64,000 nt of DNA from Balanoglossus misakiensis. Its lineage: Eukaryota; Animalia; Hemichordata. Below the pieces are notes generated by a model that was given only the letters and a program-made list of their open reading frames with translations, ran no database searches and had not been told where the DNA came from. The stretch covers positions 17,615,912-17,679,911 of the forward strand of contig CM082578.2 in the NCBI GenBank assembly GCA_040954595.2, read 5' to 3'. The position numbers and the translations under genes are program-made. This document shows positions 52,401 through 64,000 of the stretch, piece by piece; position 1 is the first letter of the stretch, and each line of letters opens with the position of its first letter.

Positions 52401-55400
52401 TAACTTGGCCCATGTGACTTGATTGTAATCCAAAACTCACACAAGTTATGAAGGTGTTACATGATTGGATATTAATCCCAGTAATTATGATAAGCAGGCA
52501 CAGTTAAAAACATGTTGAGATCACAGTTTGGAAATCAGTCAAAGTTCATCAGTTAGCATAGCTGATTCAAGGGGAAGCTGCAAGTTTTTTTTTGTGTGTG
52601 AAACAATGACGACATTATAGTGTGAGACAACCCAGAAATTGCCAGTTCAAAACAACAATTATTTATCATGAGTTTATCAAGAAGTGAAACAGAAATGTTG
52701 ATTTACATAGGAATAAGCTATGACATCCCTTGATCTAATTTTCGATGACTACAAATTTCGCATACCACACTTAGTGTATATACAATGTGTGAGCCATAGT
52801 TTGTCATGGTCCAAGTAACATGCTTTTAGTTCCTCGGTGAGGAAGAAGGAAGATTCTTATTGGAATTGGCCCAAAAATAAAAATAACAATGAATTTAAAT
52901 AAAAACACTGACAAAATCTTAATCATGATTTGTATTTTATTTGCTAATAACAAGATTTTAGTTTAGTCAAGCAAGAAGGCATTTTTGTTAAGTCTTGCAA
53001 AAAAATATCAAGATATACTGAATATAAACTGTAGTCTTATCAACTGCTGTAGAATTATAATTTCAATGTTAATGATTATAAAACTGAGTACATGGAGATT
53101 TATGACAGCAAAGAATATATATAGCATAGCTCTAACAAAGTGATTTAGATGCATTTTTAAGAAGTTAATGATAGCACACAGAATTGTAGGTATATACACA
53201 CATTTAAGCCTTTCACCCCCAGTATCCCTCTGTTGAGGTCTAACATGATCATAGAAAACAAAGGATTTGGGCCAAACCATGGTGGTGAAAGGGTTAAACT
53301 GCCCCTGTCCTTGACATACCACCAGTCAAAACTGCATAGATGGGCCCTGGGCTTTCTTTATGAATGTTATGGTAGATTTTTAAATTAAAAATGACTGGTA
53401 AAATATGTGCATTATGGGTGTGCAAAAATATGGTCCTAGCAACTGCACAATTTTCAGGAAAAGAGCCTATGACAATCCTAAAATTTGCCTGCTTTGTTAT
53501 GTGATTATAAAAATCTCTAAACTCTGAAACAAACTTCAAGTACTTTGGATAAGCCGAGTATCAGTGTAAGATAAATTTGTAAATGCCTGTCAATGCCCTA
53601 ATTCACAGCGTTTGGTTTGAATCGGAATTTAAACAACTATAGGCCTGCATTGCTTTTATATGTTTGTTTACCGATTTGCTATCCTTAAAAGACTTTTTGC
53701 TCTTTGCGTTTGGATTGGATAACCAGAATCAGTTCTTTGTTGTTTTCCTTGAAAGTCAACTTGGTGTCTTTCGGGGGTTGAATCAGATCAATGTTTTCTT
53801 TACCTAGCACTTTGAAGCCACCACTGGTGCTTACAATGCAATAATCACTGGTGTCTGTATCACACGCTGACTCTGGTAATGGTTCCACCTGGATTTAAGA
53901 GAAAAATCATGGAATTTAACAAAAATTGCCAGTCACAAAAGGGCAACAATCACAAATGTAGACAAAAAAAGGTTGCTATGTGGCAAATCCAAAAATACCC
54001 ACCTTCATGCAGTAATTACGTCCTGCAAAGTCATCCTTTTCCAGGAGGTACTCGAAGAAGGTGTACATGTGACCATCAACTGTTTCGTTGTACAGAAGGA
54101 CATCAGGGTCATCCTGCAACATGATACAAATGCGTATTATTATCTACTCGGGCAACAACACAGTACCGTAAAATGTCTAAAGTAATGTCTTTTAGAAACA
54201 CTATACCTCCATAGCTTATCAATCTTCATAAAACACATTATTTTTTGATGTGTCATTTCACTTGTTGATAACACATGAGATGAAGTTTCAAAGTCCATTC
54301 ATAGACTTAACTATATGTCAACTTTATTTGCCATGTAATTGTGATCTGTATCAGTCTAATAATCGTATTAATTTTTCACGGGTTATACGTTAATATCATA
54401 TGCAATAATGCCTGGTATCAGCAATTTTTGCAAGTTATTTGTCCAGTCTTTAAAACGATGTAACTGCAGTGGTTTTTTTAGTGTCATTTTGGACTGCCTT
54501 GTTGAATACTTACTTGTCTCACTGTGACATCAAATACCCAGCCCTTACAACTAGTTTCAGCACTTGCGTCGTATGTATATACCAAAATCTTATATTCATA
54601 TATACCATAACTTTCTGGAGGGATATCAAATTTGGCTATGATTCTGTTGTAGTTTGGAGAATATGGTGTCAGATGCACTGGTTGCCAGTATGCTGCTTCA
54701 TCTGAAAATGTGAAAAGGTTGTCTTACTTACATTGAATGATGTAGTATTAAAAGTATGTGTGTTGCTGAGATTGTATTACAAACTGCCCCAAAATAAAAC
54801 AATTGAAAATGTTGTCCAAATTTGCATAAATCTGACTCGGGTCATCTCTAGGGTCCTGTATGCAGTTGGACATGTATGCAGGTTTTGACCAAAAATACAA
54901 AATGGAAGTTTTGGGCAGAATTTGAAAATGTTGCCTCTTCAACTTGCAAGACAGGGAATGATAGAACTTTCCGATCAAGGAAATTAGAGAGTGATGTTAA
55001 TGCATGATTATCGGGGAGTCAATAGAAGTACAGTACTATTTTGAATGACTATTGCCTACCTCCAGGTTTGACCTGGCATTCTGTGGTCTGGCTAATTCTT
55101 GGATCACCGCAAGCTGAAGAGAAAAAGAAAAATTTTTATGAAAGTATTTTACGGTGTTTATTAATCCCACCCAAACTTTGTCTGTACAGACTAATAAATT
55201 GTTGTAAATAATGTACATTATCTATAATAGTCTCACTTTGCATAAATGCATTCCCTGTCAGCTGAGCATGTTGACAACTGATTACAAAAAGGAGGTGCAT
55301 GCACTTACATGGTACTTTAAAGCGGTGGCTGATCTGAGTAGAGTAAGGATTGACATCGTTGGAGGTTTCATCTGTGATGGGTAACGTTCTGATCACTAAC

Positions 55401-58400
55401 TGATACTCGCAATACGGCGAAAGTGGGCGGAAACAGTCAAAGTAGTAGGTGAGATGTCGATACTGTTGGTGGAAAAGAGAGATTTGATCAGTGGACATTT
55501 TATTCTCAGGAAGATCTGTCTGAGGTGCTTTCAATTGACAGACCTTCAAGTCCAGACATCTATAGGTACACAATTCTTTCTTAATGAAAAATTTGAATCT
55601 GAAAACTCTTCCGTATTAAACTGGTTTAAAGTTCCTTAAAAAAGGGGGAGTCACATTCAATTTAGCCCATGTGGGATTGAATCAGCTATGTCGGTAGGTG
55701 ACAATGAAACTGAATATTTGTCAAAGAAAAATAGAACGCGACCGAAGACTCACATCCACATTTTGGTAATCGTTGCCTCTCAAGTCAAAGGTAACACACT
55801 GAGTTTCTTGAAAGTAATCATACTTGTACTCATTGTGGTTGGTCAGTCCCATGATTGACACATCAAAACCGGTGGGGTTATCTGCAATGTGAAAAACACA
55901 AACACAATCAGAACTTCAGTGGACAATCTTCATCAGTCAATTATCCAAATTGTGGGTCATACACATGACAAGCACTGGCACAAATAGAAAAAACGACACT
56001 ACTTACTTTGGAATGTATCAATGGTCCAAGACATGTTGAGCATGATGTGTGTCTCTGTGACATTATCAGCTGTGATTCCAGTGACGATGTCCCACATGGC
56101 CTCAAAGTTTCTGGGTTTATCAGGAATGTCTGTCCATGGTACTGGGTCTCCTATATCTACACACTCTGTAAATGGTTTCAATGAGGATTATTACAAAAAA
56201 GCAGTACTGCAGTACAGCTTCGCTATCAGAGTTTTTTATTCAGAGTTAATTTCATTTTTAAAGCAGAAAGAATGAACACAGAAATGAAGCCCCACATTAA
56301 TAATTTAAAAGTCATTGTGAAAGACAATTCTACATTGATTTGGTCATGTATGTTTCCGAAACATAAGAAGTAGTGATCACACAGTCTTTTCCAATCAACA
56401 CATGTAAAATAATAATAACAATGCATTTTCTGGTTATCACTTACCAGAACCATTTTTCAGTATGCTGCATTCTATGGTACCCATTGACATCTAAAATTCA
56501 AAATGCATATAAATAAATACATGATAAGCCCTTCATTCTTAATTCATCCAAAATCAAATCGATTCACTTCAAATGATGTTTGTTGCTAGGCAACTGTCCA
56601 AAGCTCAATACTTGAGGGATTATTGGCCTGGTCAGTTACTGTGCCTACTGGAGCTGACTTGTACCACAGGATACAAAGGAATCAATGTCTGCATGATGAC
56701 CTTAGTAGGAGTATGAGATTAAATGATCTAACTACATTGCATCACATTCTAACAACCATAAAGTATGTGCAGTACTCGAACCAGTTTCAAATTAACTTGC
56801 TTTTTTTGACAAAAACATTCTTACAAACAAGACCGTAAAATTTTTGCAATGCAAAATAATCAACCTGGATGTCACGGTCTTCATCCCACTAGCATGTTCT
56901 CCCCCCCCCCAAAAAAAGTAATTTATCTCTCACCATTTGTGTCATTCTTACAAATGGGACATGCTCTGTTGGATTACAATGTTAAGAGAGGCTTGTTAAG
57001 TGGATCAGTTCAGTACTTTGAAAAATTTTTCCCAGGTATGTCAAGGTATGTCTGTACGCTATAGTGACAGACTCAGTAAAGTTCACAATGGGGCAAATTA
57101 TTGCAATACGTACACCCTGTAAAAGTGTTCTACAAATGTCCCAGCCTTTTCAGGCCCAGGATCAATGATTTTACCCACAAATTAATTCATAAACTTTATC
57201 TTTTTTTAGAACTGACTGTCCCGAAATCACTCTTCTATCATAACAGAAAAAGTCCAAAGCCCGTGTATTATATGCAGTTGACCTTTCATTTCAGTATACA
57301 ACTGGGTTAATGTATTCTTGAGGGAAAATAGCGGTTTCGGAGAAAAACTTGAATAGAGCAGGCTGAGTGCCATTTAATGTAACAGTGGTGTCACTGTCCG
57401 AGTCATTAAAAACGCTGTATAGCATACCACAAGAAGTTGTCAAACAGAAGGAGTTGCCATGGAGAGGTTACGCCCCGTGGAACATTGTGCTATTGTGACA
57501 ATGGCGCAGCACTAGAAACAGCCAGTAAATAATATGACATTTAGACGGACTTCAAACGGTCTGATTCCTGAAGTGAAAGTTTCAAACTGTCACCACGACC
57601 AAAAGAAACCACAGTGCACACTCAGGCTACAACGGCCGGGAGACAATATCAAACAAAAAATCGTGACAATTTGCACACGCTACCAATACTTCTCCATAAA
57701 TAAAGTCCACATACATTGTGATTTATAATCTCAGATTTACTGGAACCAAGCCAAAGTGCATGTGCATCTAGTCACGCAACACTCATCCTATCAAGTTGAC
57801 CAAAAAAGTGGAAGTTAACACTGGTCTTTTCTGTGGTTCACCAGCTTCCATTCAGGAATATAGAAACTACCGAGCTTTCAATTAGTCTGAGCCGTGGCAA
57901 TCCAGAAGCAATATGGCACTGATCTCTACTAATCACTGTTGGACAACTGTAATACATGTAGACAGAATATGTCAACCTAGGGTTTTATTTGTTTACTCAG
58001 TGGAAAGGTGCAGACGTCCTAATTCATAAAGGAGCCTTTATATAACTGTCATTTGTGTCCTGAAATGACCTGAGAGTCAATTTTGTTGAATTCAATCCTG
58101 GTCAGCAAGCATTTGGTTAAAAAACACATGTATGTCAAACAGCTCTCAGACGGTAATTAATGATTGCCCAGTGGCTAGACAACTTGTATGTGTACATGAC
58201 ACTTCATCTGGGTCACTACTGGCATAACAGTAACAACTATTACACTGATAAGAAATTTATCTCTGTGGTCTAAATAATTACCTAGTTATGTTTGGACTTG
58301 GGTGTGTGAATATTTTGCATAGGGTACATATTTCAGTGTAGCTGCAATAATTGTACTGTAGGCCTTGGTGCGGTGAGGTGGGTTTGGTGGCTGGGTCATG

Positions 58401-60588
58401 CTGCTTGCACGATACCCACGACCCAGTCATCCCAAACCAGCCCACCAAGGCTACAATTATTGCAGCTAATTTCAGTGAAAAGTTGCAGCAGATATTTGTA
58501 ACTTGCGTAAGAGTTTGAACTGATATTCAAGGGAAACATCACATCTGGAATTCAAGAGGCAGTGTCTAATTACATATAAAATGAGTAAAGAAGTAAACAT
58601 GCACTTAGTAGGAGAATAAGCAGAACTTGCATTTGAGTGGATCTGTATATGTATATGTTTCAATTAGTGTCGACCCCATGAAAAACAGAACCCTGTGAAG
58701 CAAACACTATGGCTACACTGACTTGTACATGCATTCGCCCAGCTTGTTCAAACAAAACGTTAAAAAAGAAGGAAATAAATTATCAATGCCGACAAAGGGT
58801 ACTGACTTGGATATGCACAAACAGAAGCTATGGATATCTATATAAAATGATGGTGAGCTGAATTGTCAACACTTACGTATTTTCTTCTTTTGAATACACA
58901 TTTTTGTATATCTTGTGAATATATCTCGTGAATCCCAACACAATGACACCATATAGACAGTCAACCACACTTTTCAAAGTCACTTGATTTATTTCCAGAC
59001 AATTTGCAATTACCCGGTAATAGCAAACACACACATAATTTAACTGATAAAGGCATTAATGTTAAAAACAGCCTACTTTCCTTGTTCCTGGTATTTTGTC
59101 TTTTGAAATTCTCCAAGGACAGGCTCATAAAAGGTTATATCAGGTGATCACAATTTTATTTCTTGGCATGTAAATCACAGTAGTTACAAAACGTAAACAG
59201 CCATTGCTCAGGTAAATGCAACCAGCCCTGGCTTTAACTTGTCGTTGAGCTGAAAATAGTCTGATATATTGCATCAAATTCTTCAAGGGTTGAAGTTCAA
59301 ATTCATTTGATAAGATTTCAGAGAATTCTTGCAGTGGTTTTCCCCCTATTGCTGAGTGGTTATTTACATAGTTACATGCATTTGATTTTAACTCAACATT
59401 TGATGTTTACTCAAGACTACCCCAGTGCTTTTACTTAGAGAAATCACTCCCCCTCCCACACAAATTTAATCTTTCTTCTTGATGTTCAACGCAAAATGAA
59501 ACAACTTGTGCGGACTGAATTTATACAGTTGTAGATTGATTTAAAACAACAATCATGGCAGATGATAACTGGTTAACTTTAAATACAAGGAAGTGAGGAA
59601 GAAATAGTGTATACAATTGAAATTTTCAGTTTTTTTCATAATTCAATTGGAAAATCAATTACGTTACATGTTTTCAGGAGATAACACCTTAGAATTCTAA
59701 TTATGTCCTATATGAGTAAGCCCCATACAAATTTTATCAGCTGTTGTGTTTGTAGAAGACTTTTATCGATTGGACAGTTTCTGGAATTACACTAATTTCC
59801 ATGAACTGCACACACCTCTATTCATTTACTCAACCTATTTTCAACTTATCAGTAAACAAATCTCCATAAAATAAAGTACATTTAATGCTATAATCTGTAT
59901 TCTTGGCCAAAAATGTGACAATTGGAGAGAGACATTTATGCTTGACATAACTTAACAACAGAGCTTGCAATTTGGAGGCAAACTGTCGTTCATCTTTGTA
60001 CTCATGCATATTCATTAATTGTCATCCACAGTTCATTTTTTCAAATGTGTGGCTATTTCCTCATAGCTGACAGGCAAGACGTTACTATGGACGGATTCTC
60101 AATATTTGATTCTAGATTCATTTTCCATACATGTAGATCACCATGACCCCCTTCAGGAGCAGACCAAAAAAGTATAAATGACTATATCTTGTTCATGGTG
60201 ACTTAATTATACTAGTCAAGAGGTTTAAAAAAATGATAGAAATGCAGATTTGATGAGAAAGGCCATGGTTCAGGTCTCCTGACTCACTCCGGGCACCACT
60301 GACAACCACCTGTATGAGCAATGTGACACTAGATCTCAGTGTCATGTGACATGTTGGTGCCAAACCTGCAGCGTAGTCAAGTTATTGCCTGTAAATCCCC
60401 AAATGATCTGTAAACTGGCCACTCTTTGATTACACGATAGGTGTCGAAAGAAGCTATCTTACCTCCTGAGAACAATCAGGCTGGTCAATAATGCACGGTT
60501 CGGTCCAATCCCATGCTTCGTTACACAGTACTATGACTAGGAAGGAACCCGCAGTCAGAAATGTTACCAATCCAAGTTTAAACCCCAT
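46402..60588 (-). CDS. IL-17 receptor-like gene D, tandem paralog of C: signal peptide, FnIII-like ectodomain, 4 EGF, TM, SEFIR, long tail
   Basis: Exons: 60588-60463 (MGFKLGLVTFLTAGSFLVIVLC), 56490-56445, 56165-56007, 55881-55754, 55462-55309, 55113-55060, 54701-54514, 54113-54003, 53888-53804, EGF exons 52246-52118, 49716-49591, 49306-49193 and 48762-48646, TM 48263-48162 (VLIVVAVLGSLIAAALIVILAFCYW), 47895-47845 and SEFIR 47642-46402. Exon order and phases match gene C. Confidence 0.88.
47763..47820. repeat. (CAAA)/(CAAG) compound microsatellite
   Basis: caagcaaacaaacaaacaaacaagcaagc... in the last intron of gene D. Confidence 0.9.
49812..49835. repeat. poly-C run (also at ~62960-62978)
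   Basis: Homopolymer of about 24 C. Confidence 0.9.
52340..52350. promoter_or_regulatory. Near-palindromic kappaB-like site GGGAAATTCCC, intronic in gene D
   Basis: The sequence is present as written, and a second GGGAATTTCA lies ~20 bp away at 52318. Confidence 0.3.
53204..53297. mobile_element. Mini TTAA-flanked inverted-repeat element (piggyBac-type MITE-like)
   Basis: TTAA-GCCTTTCACCCCC ... GGTGGTGAAAGGG-TTAA. A related degenerate copy lies at ~51391-51475 (CCTTTCACCCC ... GGTGGTGGGAAAGGG). Confidence 0.55.
58339..58468. repeat. ~130-bp nested inverted repeat (foldback/MITE-like hairpin) in intron 1 of gene D
   Basis: TAGCTGCAATAATTGTA/TACAATTATTGCAGCTA is a perfect 17-bp outer stem. 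Inner arms are CCTTGGTG/CACCAAGG, GGTTTGG/CCAAACC and CTGGGTC/GACCCAG. Confidence 0.8.
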
Positions 60589-63402
60589 GTTGGAATCGGT
60601 ATCAAAGCGGCTGTAAGTGTTCACCTGAGCGTTCACATGAGCACAGGAATAACAGTCTCCGGGTGAGTGTGATGTTGACACACACGACGCAGGTAAAATA
60701 TTGATAGGTCTATTGAAATGATAATGAGTGAAACGTAAATATCCGGTCAAAGTTCGGGTGACGTGAGGTGAGGTGGACACTGCCCCCAACAGTCGCAGGT
60801 AGCGTTTTAATTAAAGAAATTTACTTTTCTGTCTCTGTTCAGTGAGAAGAATAGAAAATAATAATCTGAACTTGAAAAAAATATAGGAGAAAGTCATATG
60901 AGAGTATAGTTGTTATCATTTGTGTTTTTAGAACGGAAAGAAAGTTATATCCTGCTGAACAGGTAAAGTAAGTGAAGTATGTTTATGTGGGTCATGTGTT
61001 TTACAGCTCAGCAACTTCACCTCTCCACACAGAATTCCTTTAGTGCAGTCATACAAAAAACATAGCCCTGAACCCAAGGGGATAAATGTAAAGCAGTTTC
61101 ACATGCCAAACACTTTTGTTGATGTGTACAAAAGACTTGACCAAAATGCAGAAGTCGTGACTGACTGTCATCCCATCTTGAGATAATGTCAAGTCAGTGG
61201 GTGGAGCCAAAGAGTAAAGGTTTGAATCTGTCATGGCCTCAAGCCGTTCCCTGTGACAGGTAACATTAGTCTGTATTGCTGGTCATCAGGGTTCAGTTGC
61301 TGAAGCCCGGCGTCAGAGGTTAGCAAAGAATCAGACCAGGCATGCATTGCCGGCTGTGATTCCTTTTCCATGGCGATCTCCACTTCTCAACTTTTATTGT
61401 AAAACATAAGCCTGGGGAATCTTTGCAGTACAGGTGTTGGTGAATGATTTCAGTTGCCATTATTTTTCCTCTTGTTCCCCCCCCCCCCACCCATTTTGAT
61501 TTATGAATCATAAAACATATCACAAATGATATCCCAAGTTGGTCTAGATACATGTTCTAGTGTGTCTATCTTAATTTGTGTCACGAAACTGGTGATATAA
61601 TCCCATTGGCAGCTGAAAGTAATTATGAATATGATCAATTTTCAAACTTGCCATTTTATTAAGATTGATCTAAAAAATGCTGAGAAAATTCAGTTATTAG
61701 AATCTTCAGACTGCCAACACTTTTATCTGATATTAGTGAAATATATTGGAACATATATCAATCATTGCAATATACAATCTGAAAACAGATCAGTCTATGT
61801 ACTGTTAATATCTCTTCTATCTCGATTACAATAACCATAAATGGTATATATATGAATCTCAAAAAGAAAACATAAAAAATACTCAATTTCAAATATTGCC
61901 CCATTTTTATCATTTCCTCCATGCATTCTCTTTTAGTTTTTTTTATGTCTTTCAGTGATATGTATAAAGATTAACTACCAGCACTGCAGTTCACTTCTCA
62001 AACAGAAAATATGACATGGAAAATAGAAATCTAAAGAAATTTAATAACACTGGTTGAGCGATGCTATTTTTTAAATGAATAAACGAAAGGGAAGATTGAA
62101 TCTAATCCTATCACAGCTGCAAACATTCTCAACTCTGCAGTGTTGAGCTTTTATAATTTGCAAATTAATGGAACCTTTTGCATATTTTTTCATTGTTTTA
62201 CATGGTTGGAAAAGATAATACCTGTCTATTACTATCAAAACCTCAATACTATCACTTTTAGCATCTTTTTAATTGATAAAATACATGTACTTCAATCTTA
62301 TCTTTATTCGAAGTTGACAGAAGACATTTTTAATGGGGAAGTCAACAAGGATGGATTTTGTGATTGTATGCAGGTTTCCTGGGAGGTTGGCTAGCCAACA
62401 GAACTAGGTTTCACCACCACAATCCACCTGTTTTTGCTAAAATCAAAGAATAAAATGAATTTGAAGGGCTTCAAAATGGTGCATTCTGGGAAAAAGCATC
62501 AAGTAAGACTTGTACCATGTGACCTGGTCTCAACTATTGTAGTACAGGTGTGGAGCACTATTGATTCAATGGACACAAAATGCAAACAATAGATATGCAA
62601 AAAAACACATGGTGTTGCTTTGGTGACAAGTGACCAGCTGATATTGTATGTACACCTGCAACCCCACCTAGTAAATGGAACCAACCATTGCATAACTGCC
62701 TGCACCTGTACATACAGTACTCTCAGTTGTCTGAATACAACAGCTTGAAACTCGGTCACAAGTATATTCTCCCCAGATTGGAGAGGACCCTCCCCCCCAA
62801 ATCCAAGAAAATATTTTAAAACACATGTAACAATAGTAGGGTTTTAATGTACTGGATTGAGCGCATTGTATCGTCATCTTTATACTGTGCTATACTCTTA
62901 ACCTCCCCCCCCCCCTTGGCCCCTAACGATTGTCCTGGGATTTGTCACTCTGTAGGTCACCCCCCCCCCCCCCCCCCCCACGAGAAAAATGGCTGACATG
63001 ATGATGAGGGACAAAAAGTGTGAATGTTATTGATGAGCCTGTGTGCATTTTATTTTCATGTTGCTGCGCAGTTAGTACTCACCCCTGACCCCTCATATTT
63101 GTCGTGGGTTTTGTTACAGGTAGTGACCTGCACGTCGTCTGGTTTCCAAGGTCAGCGCCCTCTTACGGCTTTTGTTAAGACTTTGCCGTACATTTTACAA
63201 CGAGAGTCTTGATTGGTCTTTTTTCTGTGTAGATATTACAAAACGGCACCGGATTGGCCAAAATCCAGTTCCGTTGTGCGAGTACGGGCTTTTCAAATCA
63301 ATGAAATCACTGTCCACTCCATGGCGGCAATCGACACCTAATCACAATCAGCGAAAAGAAATCAGATTTCGATTAGAAATCAAGGCTTGCTCATAATCAA
63401 CG

Positions 63403-63530
63403 ATGGAAGCTCCAGTCAAAGAAGATGTGAAGGCGCCCGAGTTTGTAAAACCCTCGAAAAAGATGTGGCGGTCGACATCGAAGACGAAAAATAAAGCAAC
63501 TGATGAGAACCAGGACAAATGTTATAAGAA
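63403..63530 (+). CDS. Probable first coding exon of an unidentified gene continuing beyond the window
   Basis: ACGATGG start and an open frame MEAPVKEDVKAPEFVKPSKKMWRSTSKTKNKATDENQDKCYK ending at a consensus GTGAGT donor. The upstream region is CpG-richer and has two GATTGG (reverse CCAAT) motifs near 63211 and 63252. Confidence 0.5.
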
Positions 63531-64000
63531 GTGAGTTTCGATCTCTTTGTTTTGATTGCTAGAACAAAGAACTAAGTCAGTTTTATAATTGCACCTCATA
63601 TTGTAGACGTGTTTTATTTATTACGCTCGTCTACTACACTGCAAGGCGACGCCATAAATAATAGTATAAACACATGTTGGTATATTGTCCACGTGTTACA
63701 TGTGTACTCTTGAACAATTTTACAGGTGCAGTCATTGAGTTCGGATTTTCCCCCTTACTCTTAAACCATACCTCCATACTCTAACAACAGCAATTGATGT
63801 GATATTGAGCTTACATTTATACTTGTATTAAATTATATTATAAAAAATATAAAACCAAAATTATTAAAAGGACAAAGTCTCTCTCTTGCTGCCATTTTCC
63901 CATTAAGTATGTTTGATACAAGACACCTGAATTACATGTATATAGTGAATCAACATTCAACCACAAACATCTTTCATCCTGCATATAGATGTGAGAGTAA

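Noticed and set aside
56500-60400. Short ORFs in the large first intron of gene D, and antisense ORFs over real exons throughout the window
   Set aside because: Short, no domain similarity, and consistent with chance or shadow ORFs.
1-64000. IL-17 ligand (cystine-knot) gene, Act1-type U-box, caspase or NACHT gene in the cluster
   Set aside because: No ORF or exon with these signatures was recognised by eye. Small exons could have been missed.
1-64000. Prokaryotic features (operons, CRISPR arrays, bacterial SEFIR/TIR defence system)
   Set aside because: Genes are split by spliceosomal GT-AG introns with consistent phases, and no repeat-spacer array was seen.

Overview
Eukaryotic, intron-rich DNA, probably from a marine invertebrate (the taxon cannot be fixed from this sequence). 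Splicing the exons by hand gives a dense SEFIR/IL-17-receptor signalling cluster. There are four IL-17-receptor-like genes: A (3' end only, + strand, to 1256), B (1758-7898, -), C (36354-43418, -) and D (46402-60588, -). B, C and D read signal peptide, IL-17R-type FnIII-like ectodomain, 1, 2 or 4 juxtamembrane EGF exons, a TM helix, SEFIR and a disordered tail. Between the receptors sit three cytoplasmic, domain-shuffled death-fold genes built only from phase-1 introns: X = SEFIR-CARD-CARD (16521-19933, -), Y = SEFIR-CARD-CARD-DSG degrons-FnIII (23076-26630, +) and Z = DSG degrons-CARD-CARD-TRADD-N-like-FnIII-DSG (28275-34817, -). An EFCAB12-like EF-hand gene (10945-14330, +) and the first exon of an unidentified gene (63403-63530) complete the coding content. 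Other signals: an exon-limited gene-conversion tract between C and D, a GC-AG intron, a microexon, kappaB-like sites, small inverted-repeat elements and microsatellites. All gene models and domain calls were made by eye and need RNA-seq and HMM confirmation.
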